The position numbers and the translations under genes are program-made. Below, piece by piece: positions 51,552 through 61,478 of a DNA stretch of 64,000 bases (its first letter is position 1; every line of letters starts with the position of its first letter). The stretch comes from Patescibacteria group bacterium (GTDB taxonomy: Bacteria > Patescibacteriota > UBA1384 > XYA2-FULL-43-10 > 1-14-0-10-43-13). The stretch lies in assembly GCA_041671645.1 (NCBI GenBank), contig JBAZBD010000001.1, forward strand, positions 21,561-85,560, read 5' to 3'. The notes below the pieces were generated by a model, which was given only the letters and a program-made list of their open reading frames with translations, ran no database searches and was not told where the DNA came from.

Positions 51552-52595
51552 CTAAATGTGCATCCAATTAAGTGGCGTACCCTTTTCTAGGTGTTTTTTG
51601 GCTCTTTTACCCAATATTGCATTGAGATGTTTCGGCGGTAACCCAAAGCCTGGCCTAACCGATCGTATGTTGTCAGTAGTAAATAATTCACCTCGTTCAA
51701 TATTCTCTGCTACAAAAAGTGACCGACAGAAATCTCGGCTCTTGCTTGCCTTTTCGGTCAATTCATAATTCACCTTGCCAAGAGATTCTTCTACTTCTCG
51801 AATAGAACTAACCATTTTGCGAAAATCTTCTGGTTCCATAGAGAAAGATGCATCTGGCCCACCAATTTTTTTATCCAATATGAAATGCTTCTCAATTATC
51901 TTTGCGCCAAGAGCACAGCTAGCGATCGGAATCGCTGAACCAATGGTGTGGTCAGATAAGCCAGCAATCGCTTTCAGCCTCCGACCGATGTCTGGGATCG
52001 TTGCTAAATTTATCTCCCTCAGAGGTGCAGGATATGACGAAGTGCATTTAAGTACTGCAATTTGGTTATTACCCATTCTTCGACAAGCGGCAATAGCATC
52101 CTCTATATCTGATAACTCCGCGACACCTGTCGCTAGTATCATCGGCTTGCCTTTCGACGCGGTATATTCGATCAACGGAATATCTGTAATTTCAAAAGAA
52201 GCAATTTTGTAAGCAGGCACATCCATTTTTTCTAGAAAATCGACAGCCGTATTGTCAAAGGGAGTCGAGAAACACTCCATGCCAAGATCATTGGCGATTT
52301 TCTTGAGCTTCGGCTGCCACTCCCATGGCATAGAGGCCTCTTCGTACAATTTATGAAGATTTTTACCATCCCAGATTGTGCCCTGCTTGATCTTGAAGTA
52401 ATCATTGTCGCAATTTAGTGTAATAGTATCCGCAGTGTAAGTTTGCAACTTTACGGCATCTGCACCTGAATCTCTCATCGCCCTAACAGTGTCCGCTGCT
52501 ATCTCGAATTTGTTTCCATGGTTGGCCGATAATTCGGCGACAATGAATGCCGGAGCTCCATCACCAATCGTTTTATTCCCAATCTTCAATCTCAT
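51552..52595 (-). CDS. pseI: Pseudaminic acid synthase (NeuB family, with a SAF domain)
   Basis: NeuB-family TIM barrel (FIVAELSANHGN) plus a C-terminal SAF/antifreeze-like domain; sits in the pseB/pseC context. Confidence 0.8.
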   Translation of the reverse strand: MRLKIGNKTIGDGAPAFIVAELSANHGNKFEIAADTVRAMRDSGADAVKLQTYTADTITLNCDNDYFKIKQGTIWDGKNLHKLYEEASMPWEWQPKLKKIANDLGMECFSTPFDNTAVDFLEKMDVPAYKIASFEITDIPLIEYTASKGKPMILATGVAELSDIEDAIAACRRMGNNQIAVLKCTSSYPAPLREINLATIPDIGRRLKAIAGLSDHTIGSAIPIASCALGAKIIEKHFILDKKIGGPDASFSMEPEDFRKMVSSIREVEESLGKVNYELTEKASKSRDFCRSLFVAENIERGELFTTDNIRSVRPGFGLPPKHLNAILGKRAKKHLEKGTPLNWMHI

Positions 52596-53092
52596 CGGGA
52601 TCTCTTTCTTAAATCACATTTACAGCGTAAGAATTTCTCTCCGCTTATAACACTTTCTTTCTCGAAAACGAAACCGGCATATTCAGAGTTTCTGACAGCT
52701 GCTAGATTGTTTGGTTTTATGTCACCAGTAGCAAAGCTTATTTCGGGCCGATATTTTTTTAAGTAGTCCATGCCTCTGATAAGAAGAATTTTGCCAAGAC
52801 CATATCCCCTAAACCTTTTGTGAAGACTAACACCGGTCAAGGCCTCGTCCCCTTTGAGATCAAATCTTACTTGACCAGCAAAAAGGCCCTTAGTTTCAGC
52901 GATCAGAAAAATATAATTCTTATCGCAAATTTTTCTGGCGAACCACGCCTTATGGTTCTTAAAATCTAATTTTTCTTGATTTACGGAATTTTTTCTTACC
53001 AAGGGATCATTAAAAAGATAGAAGATCTTTTTGCAATCTTTCTCGGTAGCCAACCGAAGTGTTACGTTGTCTCTAATTTCGTTTTTATCCAT
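52592..53092 (-). CDS. GNAT N-acetyltransferase, PseH-like
   Basis: About 165 aa GNAT fold (RGYGLGKILL) located between pseI and pseC. Internal start MDKNEIRD is preferred, which avoids overlap with the upstream gene. Confidence 0.55.
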   Translation of the reverse strand: MDKNEIRDNVTLRLATEKDCKKIFYLFNDPLVRKNSVNQEKLDFKNHKAWFARKICDKNYIFLIAETKGLFAGQVRFDLKGDEALTGVSLHKRFRGYGLGKILLIRGMDYLKKYRPEISFATGDIKPNNLAAVRNSEYAGFVFEKESVISGEKFLRCKCDLRKRSR

Positions 53093-53099
53093 TGCCACC

Positions 53100-53936
53100 T
53101 TAAATAATATAAGAATACGGCGCAAACTCCGCATGGTCTTTGCTAATATATCCTATAATGCCTCTTAATTCAGCGTTTGTAAATTCAATCTCATCCTCAA
53201 GATGATCTAATTTGATTGGAAAAGCTTGGATTGTTGCTCCTCGGGGAAAGGATTTGTGCTTATTTGCCATACGCAAAACCCGAGGAAAATGCGGCGAGTG
53301 AGTCACAACGCCGATTATGTCTCCGATATTGAATTCAATGTTCGGAAATTTTAAATCGGTCACCTGATCAATGGTACAAGTGATAGTTCCGTCGGGTATA
53401 CAGAGCTTCTCCTCCGGGAAATTTAGCTTGCCTATTCTGACAGCACTCCTTAAAGCTTCTATTTGTATTTTAACCCCGTTGTAGATTAGATAAGGCCCAA
53501 ATTCTCTGATAATATTTTCGACCTGTTCTTCAGTCAAACTTTTTTGGTCTTCTTCTGAGAGTCCTGAGACAGCAAGACTAATTTCCCGAATAATTTTTAT
53601 GGCGTGGTCAATTCTTTTTTTATCGGAATTGTGCGCCCAAGTTTTATCCTTATAGATAGCATCGCCTGTCAAATCAGTGATCGACTCCTGATAAGTCCCA
53701 GCCCCAGAGATCGCCCAAATCGCTTTGTATGTTTTTGGTTTTTCGTGGTCAAACTGTATCGGTTTTGAAGCTGCTTGATCCAAACTCTCAATTTCAAGAA
53801 CAACTGTTTTTATGAGATGATCGAGCCGATCCTCGTGACCACGCCAATACTCTCCATGCTCTTCAGTCGCATAGTCGAGGAGGGCCGGACTATCAATCCC
53901 TTTAGTTAATTTTGATATAGTTTTTTTCTCATTCAT
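53100..53936 (-). CDS. Hypothetical protein embedded in the pse module
   Basis: 278 aa counted from the internal Met MNEKK; no recognisable domain; lies between the GNAT gene and the SDR/thiolase pair. Confidence 0.35.
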   Translation of the reverse strand: MNEKKTISKLTKGIDSPALLDYATEEHGEYWRGHEDRLDHLIKTVVLEIESLDQAASKPIQFDHEKPKTYKAIWAISGAGTYQESITDLTGDAIYKDKTWAHNSDKKRIDHAIKIIREISLAVSGLSEEDQKSLTEEQVENIIREFGPYLIYNGVKIQIEALRSAVRIGKLNFPEEKLCIPDGTITCTIDQVTDLKFPNIEFNIGDIIGVVTHSPHFPRVLRMANKHKSFPRGATIQAFPIKLDHLEDEIEFTNAELRGIIGYISKDHAEFAPYSYII

Positions 53937-53977
53937 ATGATCGACTCCGCAATCTTTCCATACAAGAGGCATCGACG

Positions 53978-54712
53978 CTATAGCCAACCGCCGTTGATAC
54001 CGATACATTCTCCGGTAATATAGCTGCTGTCGTCAGAAGCCAAAAAAATGGCTAGTTTCGCAATTTCTTGCGGTTTGGCTAATCTGCCAAGAGCAATTTT
54101 TGGCAAAACTTTTGTTTTCATTATTTCATCTGGGACTCCGGCCACCATATCAGTTTCTGTAAAACCGGGGCAAATGGCGTTGACTGTGATACCGTATCGT
54201 GCCGTTTCCTTGGCCAGAGACTTGGTCAGGCCGATCAAGCCGGCCTTGGCGGCGCTATAGTTTGTTTGGCCGAAGTTACCGATCTGAGCTATAATGGAGG
54301 AAATATTGATGATTCGCCCTCCGCCATTTTCAACCATTTTAGGTAAAAATTGTTTGATGATGAAAAAGGGGCCGTAAAGATCAGTTTTAATCACGGCGTC
54401 CCAATCCTCGAGAGACAACTTCAATAGCGTTCTATCTCTAGCAATACCAGCATTATTTACCACAACATCCACCTGGCCAAATTGATCCAGAATTTTCGCG
54501 CAAGCTTTTTCTACTTCTTCGTAGTTAGCTACATCAAAGTAGAATATGGAGCTCTTGGGAGAAATTTCTTTGACCTCAGCGACGGTCTGCTTGGAAGCGT
54601 CGTTTTCTTTGGTTCCCGTCATCGCTATTGTATAACCATTTTTCGCGAACTCCAGGGCCATACTTTTGCCAATTCCTCTGGTCGATCCAGTGATAACAGC
54701 AATCTTATTCAT
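53978..54712 (-). CDS. SDR-family 3-oxoacyl/acetoacetyl-CoA reductase (FabG/PhaB-like)
   Basis: TGSTRGIG cofactor-binding motif and a YSAAK catalytic motif; 244 aa, classical SDR. Confidence 0.8.
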   Translation of the reverse strand: MNKIAVITGSTRGIGKSMALEFAKNGYTIAMTGTKENDASKQTVAEVKEISPKSSIFYFDVANYEEVEKACAKILDQFGQVDVVVNNAGIARDRTLLKLSLEDWDAVIKTDLYGPFFIIKQFLPKMVENGGGRIINISSIIAQIGNFGQTNYSAAKAGLIGLTKSLAKETARYGITVNAICPGFTETDMVAGVPDEIMKTKVLPKIALGRLAKPQEIAKLAIFLASDDSSYITGECIGINGGWL

Positions 54713-55889
54713 AGTTTTCTATCAGCATCGCAATGCCCTGACCACCACCAATACAAAGCGAGGCTACCCCATATTTTAATTTTCTTCTTTTGAGTTCATG
54801 GATGAGACTGACCAAGATACGAGCGCCACTTGCGCCAATTGGGTGGCCGAGGGCGATAGCTCCACCGTTTACATTAACAATTTTTTCATCTATACCAAGT
54901 AGTTTCAAGGCAGCAACACTTTGGCTGGCAAAAGCCTCGTTTAGTTCCCAAAGATCGATATCTTCAATCTTGAAATTTGCCTTCTTGAGGCAAGCAACTA
55001 CTGCATAATAAACACCCATACCCATGATCTTGGGATCCAGACCAACAGAAGCATAACTCATAATCCTAGCCATGGGCTTGATTTTCTCATTTTGAACAAA
55101 TTTTTCAGAGGCAACGAAGATAACCGCAGCTCTATCATTTAAGGATGAGGAGTTGCCTGCTGTCACGGTGCCGTCTTTGTCGAATATGGGCTTCAACTTA
55201 GCAAGCGCCTCAAACGTTGTGTCGGCACGGGGTTGCTCGTCAATTTTGAACTCCGCCATTTCTTTCTTCTGCTTCACCAGAACAGGAACAATCTCATCTG
55301 ACAGACGGTTCTCCATCATGGCCGCAAGGGCTTTCTCATGACTTCTGAACGCAAATCGATCCTGGTCTTCCCTAGAAACTTTGTATTTCTTGGCAACATT
55401 TTCAGCTGTTACCCCCATATGTTCGCCGATCAAGGAACAAAATAATCCATCAGTAATCATACTATCTTTGATCGTCTGATCTCCAAGTTTTACTCCGAAC
55501 CGATGATCATCAATTAAATATGGGCTACGGCTCATGTTTTCCATCCCACCAGCGACAATCAAGTCTGCTTCTCTGAGCTCGATCGCCTGGCTGGCCAAGG
55601 TAATGCTTTTTAACCCTGATCCACAAACCTTGTTTACTGTGTAGGCCGGAACTGATTCAGGAATTCCTGCCTTGACGCTAGCAATTCTGGCCGGATTCTG
55701 CCCCAATCCAGCAGACAAAACATTGCCAAGAATAACTTCTCCGACTTTCTTTTCAATCCCTGGATTCTCGGCAATCAAATTTTTGATAACAGCCGCAGCA
55801 AGCTCTGGTGCTGAGCTACCCTGAAGACTACCACCGAATTTTCCAACGGCTGTTCTTTTGGCTGAGACGATATACACATTTTCTTTCAT
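54705..55889 (-). CDS. Acetyl-CoA C-acetyltransferase (thiolase II)
   Basis: Thiolase signatures VNKVCGSGL (active-site Cys), NEAFASQ and GGGQGIAM; 394 aa. Confidence 0.85.
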   Translation of the reverse strand: MKENVYIVSAKRTAVGKFGGSLQGSSAPELAAAVIKNLIAENPGIEKKVGEVILGNVLSAGLGQNPARIASVKAGIPESVPAYTVNKVCGSGLKSITLASQAIELREADLIVAGGMENMSRSPYLIDDHRFGVKLGDQTIKDSMITDGLFCSLIGEHMGVTAENVAKKYKVSREDQDRFAFRSHEKALAAMMENRLSDEIVPVLVKQKKEMAEFKIDEQPRADTTFEALAKLKPIFDKDGTVTAGNSSSLNDRAAVIFVASEKFVQNEKIKPMARIMSYASVGLDPKIMGMGVYYAVVACLKKANFKIEDIDLWELNEAFASQSVAALKLLGIDEKIVNVNGGAIALGHPIGASGARILVSLIHELKRRKLKYGVASLCIGGGQGIAMLIENYE

Positions 55890-55910
55890 AACATATTCCT
55901 CGGCTCCTAG

Positions 55911-57062
55911 TCAGCTGACCAGTATTTTTATTTTTTGGATAACAAAGTTTACTTCAACATCGGTCATTTTTGGATACAATGGTAAGCTCAAACACTGCTC
56001 GTAATACGCTTCTGCAACAGGATAATCCCCAACCTTATACCCGTATGTGTCTTGATAATAAGGCTGCAAGTGAGCAGGAATATAATGAACCTGCGAGCCA
56101 ACATTGTTTTTCCTTAATTCTTCCATCACCTCTTTGCGCGTCTTACCAATTTTAGCAAAATCAATTTTTAATACGTAAAGATGAAATGCAGAGCCGACGC
56201 CTGGCTTTTCATAAGGGGTAACGACATTTGGAAGTTTAGCGAACGCTTTATTGTATTTATCAACGATTTCCCGACGGCGTGCAGCAAATTTGTCAAGTTT
56301 CCTAAGCTGACTCAAACCAAGCGCAGCTTGTATGTCAGTAATACGATAATTGAAGCCAAGATCTTGCATTTCATAGTACCAAGGACCGGGATTTTGGCTT
56401 AATATTGCTGGATCTTTGGTGATACCATGAGATCGAAGCAGGAGCAACTGTTTGTATATTTTTTCATCATTTGTAGTGATAGCCCCGCCCTCTCCAGTAG
56501 TAATCGTCTTAACCGGATGGAACGAGAAGGTCGTCAGATCGGAATATTTGTTTGACCCAACCTTACTGCCATCAGCAAACGAAGATCCGATAGAGTGAGC
56601 GGCGTCCTCAATTACATAAATGCCTTTACTCTTCGCAAAATCGTATATTTCCTCCAAGTCGGCGACCTGGCCAGCAAAATCGACGGCCACAATTACCTTG
56701 GTTTTGTCGGTCACTCTCTTCTTGATTTCCACTAGGTCAATATTGCAGGTGTCCTCCCTGATATCCGCGAAAGCAGGGGTTAGCCCGCAATAAGCAAGGC
56801 AGTTGGCTGAAGCAACAAATGTATTGGGTGTGGTGATCCCCTCACCGTTCCCTAAATTTAATGCTAAAACGGCCAAATGGAGGGCGGCCGTGCCGTTGGA
56901 GACGGCGACACAATGTTTTGCGCCAGTATATTTGCAAATTGCCTGCTCAAACTCCTCTATTTTTGGACCTTGTGTCAAGAAGTCGCTTTTGAGCGTTTGG
57001 ACAACTTCAGCGATATCGTCGTCATCAAGCCACTGCTTGCCATATGCAATAAAACTATTCAT
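55911..57062 (-). CDS. pseC: UDP-4-amino-4,6-dideoxy-N-acetyl-beta-L-altrosamine transaminase
   Basis: Start MNSFIAYGKQ with LTQGPKIEEFE and the FSFHPVK PLP-lysine region; closely resembles Campylobacter/Helicobacter PseC. Confidence 0.82.
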   Translation of the reverse strand: MNSFIAYGKQWLDDDDIAEVVQTLKSDFLTQGPKIEEFEQAICKYTGAKHCVAVSNGTAALHLAVLALNLGNGEGITTPNTFVASANCLAYCGLTPAFADIREDTCNIDLVEIKKRVTDKTKVIVAVDFAGQVADLEEIYDFAKSKGIYVIEDAAHSIGSSFADGSKVGSNKYSDLTTFSFHPVKTITTGEGGAITTNDEKIYKQLLLLRSHGITKDPAILSQNPGPWYYEMQDLGFNYRITDIQAALGLSQLRKLDKFAARRREIVDKYNKAFAKLPNVVTPYEKPGVGSAFHLYVLKIDFAKIGKTRKEVMEELRKNNVGSQVHYIPAHLQPYYQDTYGYKVGDYPVAEAYYEQCLSLPLYPKMTDVEVNFVIQKIKILVS

Positions 57063-57063
57063 T

Positions 57064-58062
57064 TTAATACACAATCTCTATTGATTTCAAAAATTCTGTA
57101 ATGCCTTTTTGATCCAACCACTCATCGTTTAAATCTGAGGAATAGCGGAATCCCTCCATCACTTTCTTGCTCCCTGGTTTGCAATGAATTTTTGGGTTCC
57201 ACCAATCAAAATCTGGATAGATAATGTAGTGATCGCCGTAGTCATGGGTTAATCTGGAGTCTTCCTCAGTGATCATGACTTCATGAAGTTTCTCCCCTTC
57301 CCTGATGCCAATTTCTTTAAGCTTGACCTCTTTGTGCATCGCTTTGGCCAAATCAGTAATTTTGACAGACGGGATCTTGGACACATAAATCTCGCCGCCT
57401 TTGGCTTCTTTGATCGCCTTAAATACAAGATCGACGCCTTGATTGAGAGTTATTAAAAATCGGGTCATACGGAAATCAGTGATCGGAATTATTCTTTGGC
57501 CAGAATCTAACAACTGTTTGAAGAAAGGTATGACTGAGCCGCGGCTACCGGCAACGTTGCCATATCGGACTACAGAAAAAACTGGGCCCTTGCCCCCAGA
57601 GTAAGCGTTGGCGGAAACAAACAATCTATCAGAGACTAACTTGGTGGCCCCATAAAGGTTGACTGGATTGACAGCTTTATCGGTAGAAAGAGCAACTACT
57701 TTCTCGACCCCGCAGTCCAAAGCCGCATCGATTACATTCTCTGCGCCGTGAATATTGGTTTTGATGGCCTCCATCGGGTTGTATTCGGCTATCGGCACAT
57801 GCTTCATAGCGGCCGCATGGATCACAATATCTACTCCATTGAGGGCCCTCTTCAGACGATCTTTGTCACGGACATCTCCGATAAAGTAACGCAGCTGACT
57901 GTCATATTCGGCGAACTGTCGGCGCATCATGTATTGCTTATACTCGTCACGAGAATAAATGATGATCTTTTTTGGTTTATATTCAGACAAAATCCGCTTA
58001 GTAAATTGCTTACCAAATGAGCCGGTCCCACCCGTGATTAGAATTGTTTTATTATTTAGCAT
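57064..58062 (-). CDS. pseB: UDP-N-acetylglucosamine 4,6-dehydratase (inverting)
   Basis: KTILITGGTGSFGK, YSRDE.KQ and SVVRYGNVAGSRGSVIPFF segments are almost colinear with FlaA1/PseB; 332 aa. Confidence 0.88.
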   Translation of the reverse strand: MLNNKTILITGGTGSFGKQFTKRILSEYKPKKIIIYSRDEYKQYMMRRQFAEYDSQLRYFIGDVRDKDRLKRALNGVDIVIHAAAMKHVPIAEYNPMEAIKTNIHGAENVIDAALDCGVEKVVALSTDKAVNPVNLYGATKLVSDRLFVSANAYSGGKGPVFSVVRYGNVAGSRGSVIPFFKQLLDSGQRIIPITDFRMTRFLITLNQGVDLVFKAIKEAKGGEIYVSKIPSVKITDLAKAMHKEVKLKEIGIREGEKLHEVMITEEDSRLTHDYGDHYIIYPDFDWWNPKIHCKPGSKKVMEGFRYSSDLNDEWLDQKGITEFLKSIEIVY

Positions 58063-58110
58063 ATCCGTACCTCTTAATAATCAAGTAGAAAAATTTGTAA
58101 TTGTCTCGAC

Positions 58111-59403
58111 TCACTCGCTCATTACTTTCTTTATATAGAAACGCTGAATCGCTATCGTGATACAATAGTTTGCTATCAGAGTCCCAATCACTAAAGACAC
58201 GGAGAAGAAGCTAAACCTCACAGCCACTATATAGAGGCAAATCGCTAAGAAATTTACTCCATATGTAGTTAACAGACATTTCCTATAATATTGTTCCGAA
58301 AAATCAAGAATGATTGTAGCATATATCGATTGGAACAGAAAGACAACTGAGAGCACGGAGAAGCCAATAACATAAAATAAACTGACCGGGTATTGCCGCC
58401 CAAATATTGATAACATTATTAGAGTCAAGCAAGATGCAAGAACAAACAGCGGCAGGAACCCAATACAAAAGATTTTATCAATTTTTTTAATAAATGCTTT
58501 GTCTTTTACCCGAACTGTAGCAGGGAAAAATACGTTGTTAAACAATTGCCCAGCTTGTGCGATCAAGGTAAAAGAAGAAAAATAATAGGCACTGTATATG
58601 CCAAACGCTGTGAATCCAAGATATTTCGCAATTATTATTTTGTCAGCGGATAAGAAAATCGTGCCAAGCAGCGCGCTTATGAGAAACCATTTCCCCTCCC
58701 TCAAAACAGCCAATGAATCAGTAAAGTTACTTTTGCCAAAATATCTTTTAAGATAGGATAGATAATAAATCGATATTGCTATAGCCCCAGCGACTAGAAC
58801 TGAAACGAATCCCGCAAATGTGTGATCTTTTAGGACAAAAAACACCGCGATAAATAGAACGGCAACGATAATCACCTCGAATATCTTAGCCTTAGCCTGA
58901 ACTTTGAACTCCTCCAGCCCTCTAATGGACGAATCAAATAAAGTTTTAGCTGAGAAAACAATTGTGTAGCATATGAGCATCAGAAAAAAGGATTTTCCTC
59001 CAGACATTATCCGGCTCACAAAAGGATAAACTATTGGCGAGAGGACCACCAACCCGACTAGCACCAGAAAAACAATGTTGCTTATTGATGAGATAACCCG
59101 TTTTCTAGCTTTAACGGAAGGGTCTCTCGCGATGCTTCTGATAAGTACTGTATCCAGACCCAAAAAAATGAAAATAATTAAATACTGATTTGCAACCAGC
59201 ATGAGATTGTATTTTCCATACTCGATCGGTCCCATGAAGCGCCCAGCCAGGGTGGTAATCAGCATGAGAATTGGTAAGGCTCCGATGCCAGACAAAAAGG
59301 ACCACGATAGGCGAGTTAAGAATGACCGCATCTCATCCCCCATCTCATGACCGAAGACCTTGAGGTGGACTTTTTCGACAAATTGTACTAATCTTTTTTT
59401 CAT
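58111..59403 (-). CDS. Polysaccharide flippase (Wzx/MOP-like), second copy
   Basis: 430 aa with about 12 TM helices in a PST-family layout; divergent from the rml operon. Confidence 0.65.
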   Translation of the reverse strand: MKKRLVQFVEKVHLKVFGHEMGDEMRSFLTRLSWSFLSGIGALPILMLITTLAGRFMGPIEYGKYNLMLVANQYLIIFIFLGLDTVLIRSIARDPSVKARKRVISSISNIVFLVLVGLVVLSPIVYPFVSRIMSGGKSFFLMLICYTIVFSAKTLFDSSIRGLEEFKVQAKAKIFEVIIVAVLFIAVFFVLKDHTFAGFVSVLVAGAIAISIYYLSYLKRYFGKSNFTDSLAVLREGKWFLISALLGTIFLSADKIIIAKYLGFTAFGIYSAYYFSSFTLIAQAGQLFNNVFFPATVRVKDKAFIKKIDKIFCIGFLPLFVLASCLTLIMLSIFGRQYPVSLFYVIGFSVLSVVFLFQSIYATIILDFSEQYYRKCLLTTYGVNFLAICLYIVAVRFSFFSVSLVIGTLIANYCITIAIQRFYIKKVMSE

Positions 59404-59447
59404 AATTCTTGTCCGATCATATCAGGAATGATTGCTCTTATAAACCC

Positions 59448-59476
59448 TTGATGATAATATTTGAGTCAGATAAATA
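59448..59476 (+). promoter_or_regulatory. Putative promoter for the rml operon (TTGATG-17-TAAATA)
   Basis: Hexamers separated by 17 nt, then AAAGGAG 5 nt before the rmlA ATG. Confidence 0.4.
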
Positions 59477-59488
59477 AAAGGAGTCCAT

Positions 59489-60379
59489 ATGAAAGGTATA
59501 ATTTTAGCAGGTGGGAGTGGGACGAGACTTTATCCGTTGACCATGGCGATGAGCAAGCAGATGTTGCCGATCTATGACAAGCCGATGATCTTCTACCCAC
59601 TATCAATCCTGATGTTGGCTGGGATCAAGGATGTTTTGATAATTTCAACACCGCACGATCTGCCAAATTTCAAGAAATTGTTGGGGGACGGATCGGATTA
59701 CGGAATCAAATTGAGCTACGAAGAGCAGCCTTCTCCCGACGGCCTGGCTCAGGCTTTCATCATCGGTGAGAAGTTTATTGGTAGCGACGACGTCGCGATG
59801 GTCCTGGGAGACAATATTTTCTTTGGCAACGGGCTGACCGAGATGTTGAGAGACGCCGCCAGCAACAAAAGCGGAGCGACTGTCTTTGGCTATTATGTCA
59901 ATGACCCGGAGCGATTCGGCGTTGTCGAGTTCGACGAGAACAATAGAGCGATCTCGCTGGTCGAGAAACCAACCGAGCCCAAGTCCAACTACGCCGTGAC
60001 CGGCCTCTATTTCTATGACAACCGCGTCGTCGAATTCGCCAAGAATTTGAAACCGAGTGATCGAGGCGAGTTGGAAATCACCGATTTGAACAAGGTATAT
60101 TTGGAAAAGGGTGATCTCAACGTCAAATTGCTCGGCCGAGGATTTGCCTGGCTCGACACTGGAACGGTGGATTCGATGTCGCAAGCCAGCGAATTTATCC
60201 GCATTGTTGAAGAGCGCCAGAATATCAAAGTTGCCGCACTCGAAGAAATTGCCTTCAACCAGGGTTGGATTTCGAAGGATCAATTGCTCGTATCAGCAAA
60301 TAGGTATGGTAAGTCTCCATATGGCCAATATTTAAAGAAGGTGGCTGAGGGCAAAATTAAAATCCTGGAGTCGCTATGA
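59489..60379 (+). CDS. rmlA: Glucose-1-phosphate thymidylyltransferase
   Basis: [19 protein letters not shown]-terminus; canonical RmlA across its whole length. Confidence 0.92.
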   Translation: MKGIILAGGSGTRLYPLTMAMSKQMLPIYDKPMIFYPLSILMLAGIKDVLIISTPHDLPNFKKLLGDGSDYGIKLSYEEQPSPDGLAQAFIIGEKFIGSDDVAMVLGDNIFFGNGLTEMLRDAASNKSGATVFGYYVNDPERFGVVEFDENNRAISLVEKPTEPKSNYAVTGLYFYDNRVVEFAKNLKPSDRGELEITDLNKVYLEKGDLNVKLLGRGFAWLDTGTVDSMSQASEFIRIVEERQNIKVAALEEIAFNQGWISKDQLLVSANRYGKSPYGQYLKKVAEGKIKILESL

Positions 60380-60939
60380 ACGTGACCGAAACAGATATTC
60401 CCGGAGTCCTAATCCTCGAGCCCAAGGCTTTTGGTGACGATCGTGGCTGGTTTATGGAGACTTACAGTAAATCTAAGTTTGAGGAGGCCGGGATCAAGGG
60501 TGAATTTGTTCAGGACAACCATAGTTTTAGTGCACAAAAAGGCACTCTTCGCGGAATTCATTTCCAGAAGAATCCGATGGCACAAGCCAAAATAGTCCGC
60601 TGTACCAGAGGAGCCGTCCTAGACGTTGCGGTTGATCTGAGGAAAGACTCGCCCACATTCAAGCAATGGGTTTCTGTCGAGCTCACGGCCGAAAACAAGA
60701 AAATGTTTTACATTCCCAGAGGCTTTGGCCATGGTTTCCTCACACTCGAAGAGAATACAGAATTTCAGTACAAGGTAGATAATTACTATTCGCCAGAAAA
60801 TGATAGGAGCATCCGTTTCGACGACCCAGAAATCTCTATCGACTGGCAAGTGGCAGAGCCGATCGTGTCAGAAAAGGATCGACAAGCTCCTCTGCTCAAA
60901 GATAGCGACGTTGATTTTGCATATCAGGAAAATCAATAA
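60376..60939 (+). CDS. rmlC: dTDP-4-dehydrorhamnose 3,5-epimerase
   Basis: Cupin-fold RmlC motifs ([16 protein letters not shown]); 187 aa. Confidence 0.9.
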   Translation: MNVTETDIPGVLILEPKAFGDDRGWFMETYSKSKFEEAGIKGEFVQDNHSFSAQKGTLRGIHFQKNPMAQAKIVRCTRGAVLDVAVDLRKDSPTFKQWVSVELTAENKKMFYIPRGFGHGFLTLEENTEFQYKVDNYYSPENDRSIRFDDPEISIDWQVAEPIVSEKDRQAPLLKDSDVDFAYQENQ

Positions 60940-61478
60940 TGGCTGGCTGGAAAAAAGTTGATAGCAAAACCGCCTTTGAGTGTCCTTATTACTCGATTTC
61001 TGAGGATAATGTGATCCGTCCAGACGGCGCACCAGGCAAATACTTCCATGTCGTGACCAAAGGCTCGGTTTCTATCATCGCAGAAGACACGGACGAGAAG
61101 ATTTATATGGTCAGCCAGCATCGCTACACGGCAGACAATGAATTGTCCACTGAAGTAGTAGCTGGCGGTATCGAGAAAAATGAAGATCCTTTGTCAGCAG
61201 CCAAGCGAGAGCTTGTGGAGGAAGCTGGAATCGCTGCTAAAGAGTGGATATATTTGGGGAACTTTCGGCCATTCAATGGTATTTCCTCCGAGATTGATTA
61301 CGTCTACTTGGCCCGAGATTTGACCCAAGGGCTTAGTAATCCTGATTCGACTGAAGATATTACGCTATCGAAAAAAAGTCTGGCCGAGGTAAAAGAATTG
61401 ATATTGAAAAATGAGATCACTGATGGCCAAGCCATCGCCGCATTGATGAAATATATTATATATAAGGAGAATGTATGA
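60939..61478 (+). CDS. NUDIX hydrolase inserted in the rml operon
   Basis: Nudix box GGIEKNEDPLSAAKRELVEEAGI fits G-x5-E-x7-REUxEExGU; translationally coupled to rmlC and rmlB. Confidence 0.75.
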   Translation: MAGWKKVDSKTAFECPYYSISEDNVIRPDGAPGKYFHVVTKGSVSIIAEDTDEKIYMVSQHRYTADNELSTEVVAGGIEKNEDPLSAAKRELVEEAGIAAKEWIYLGNFRPFNGISSEIDYVYLARDLTQGLSNPDSTEDITLSKKSLAEVKELILKNEITDGQAIAALMKYIIYKENV

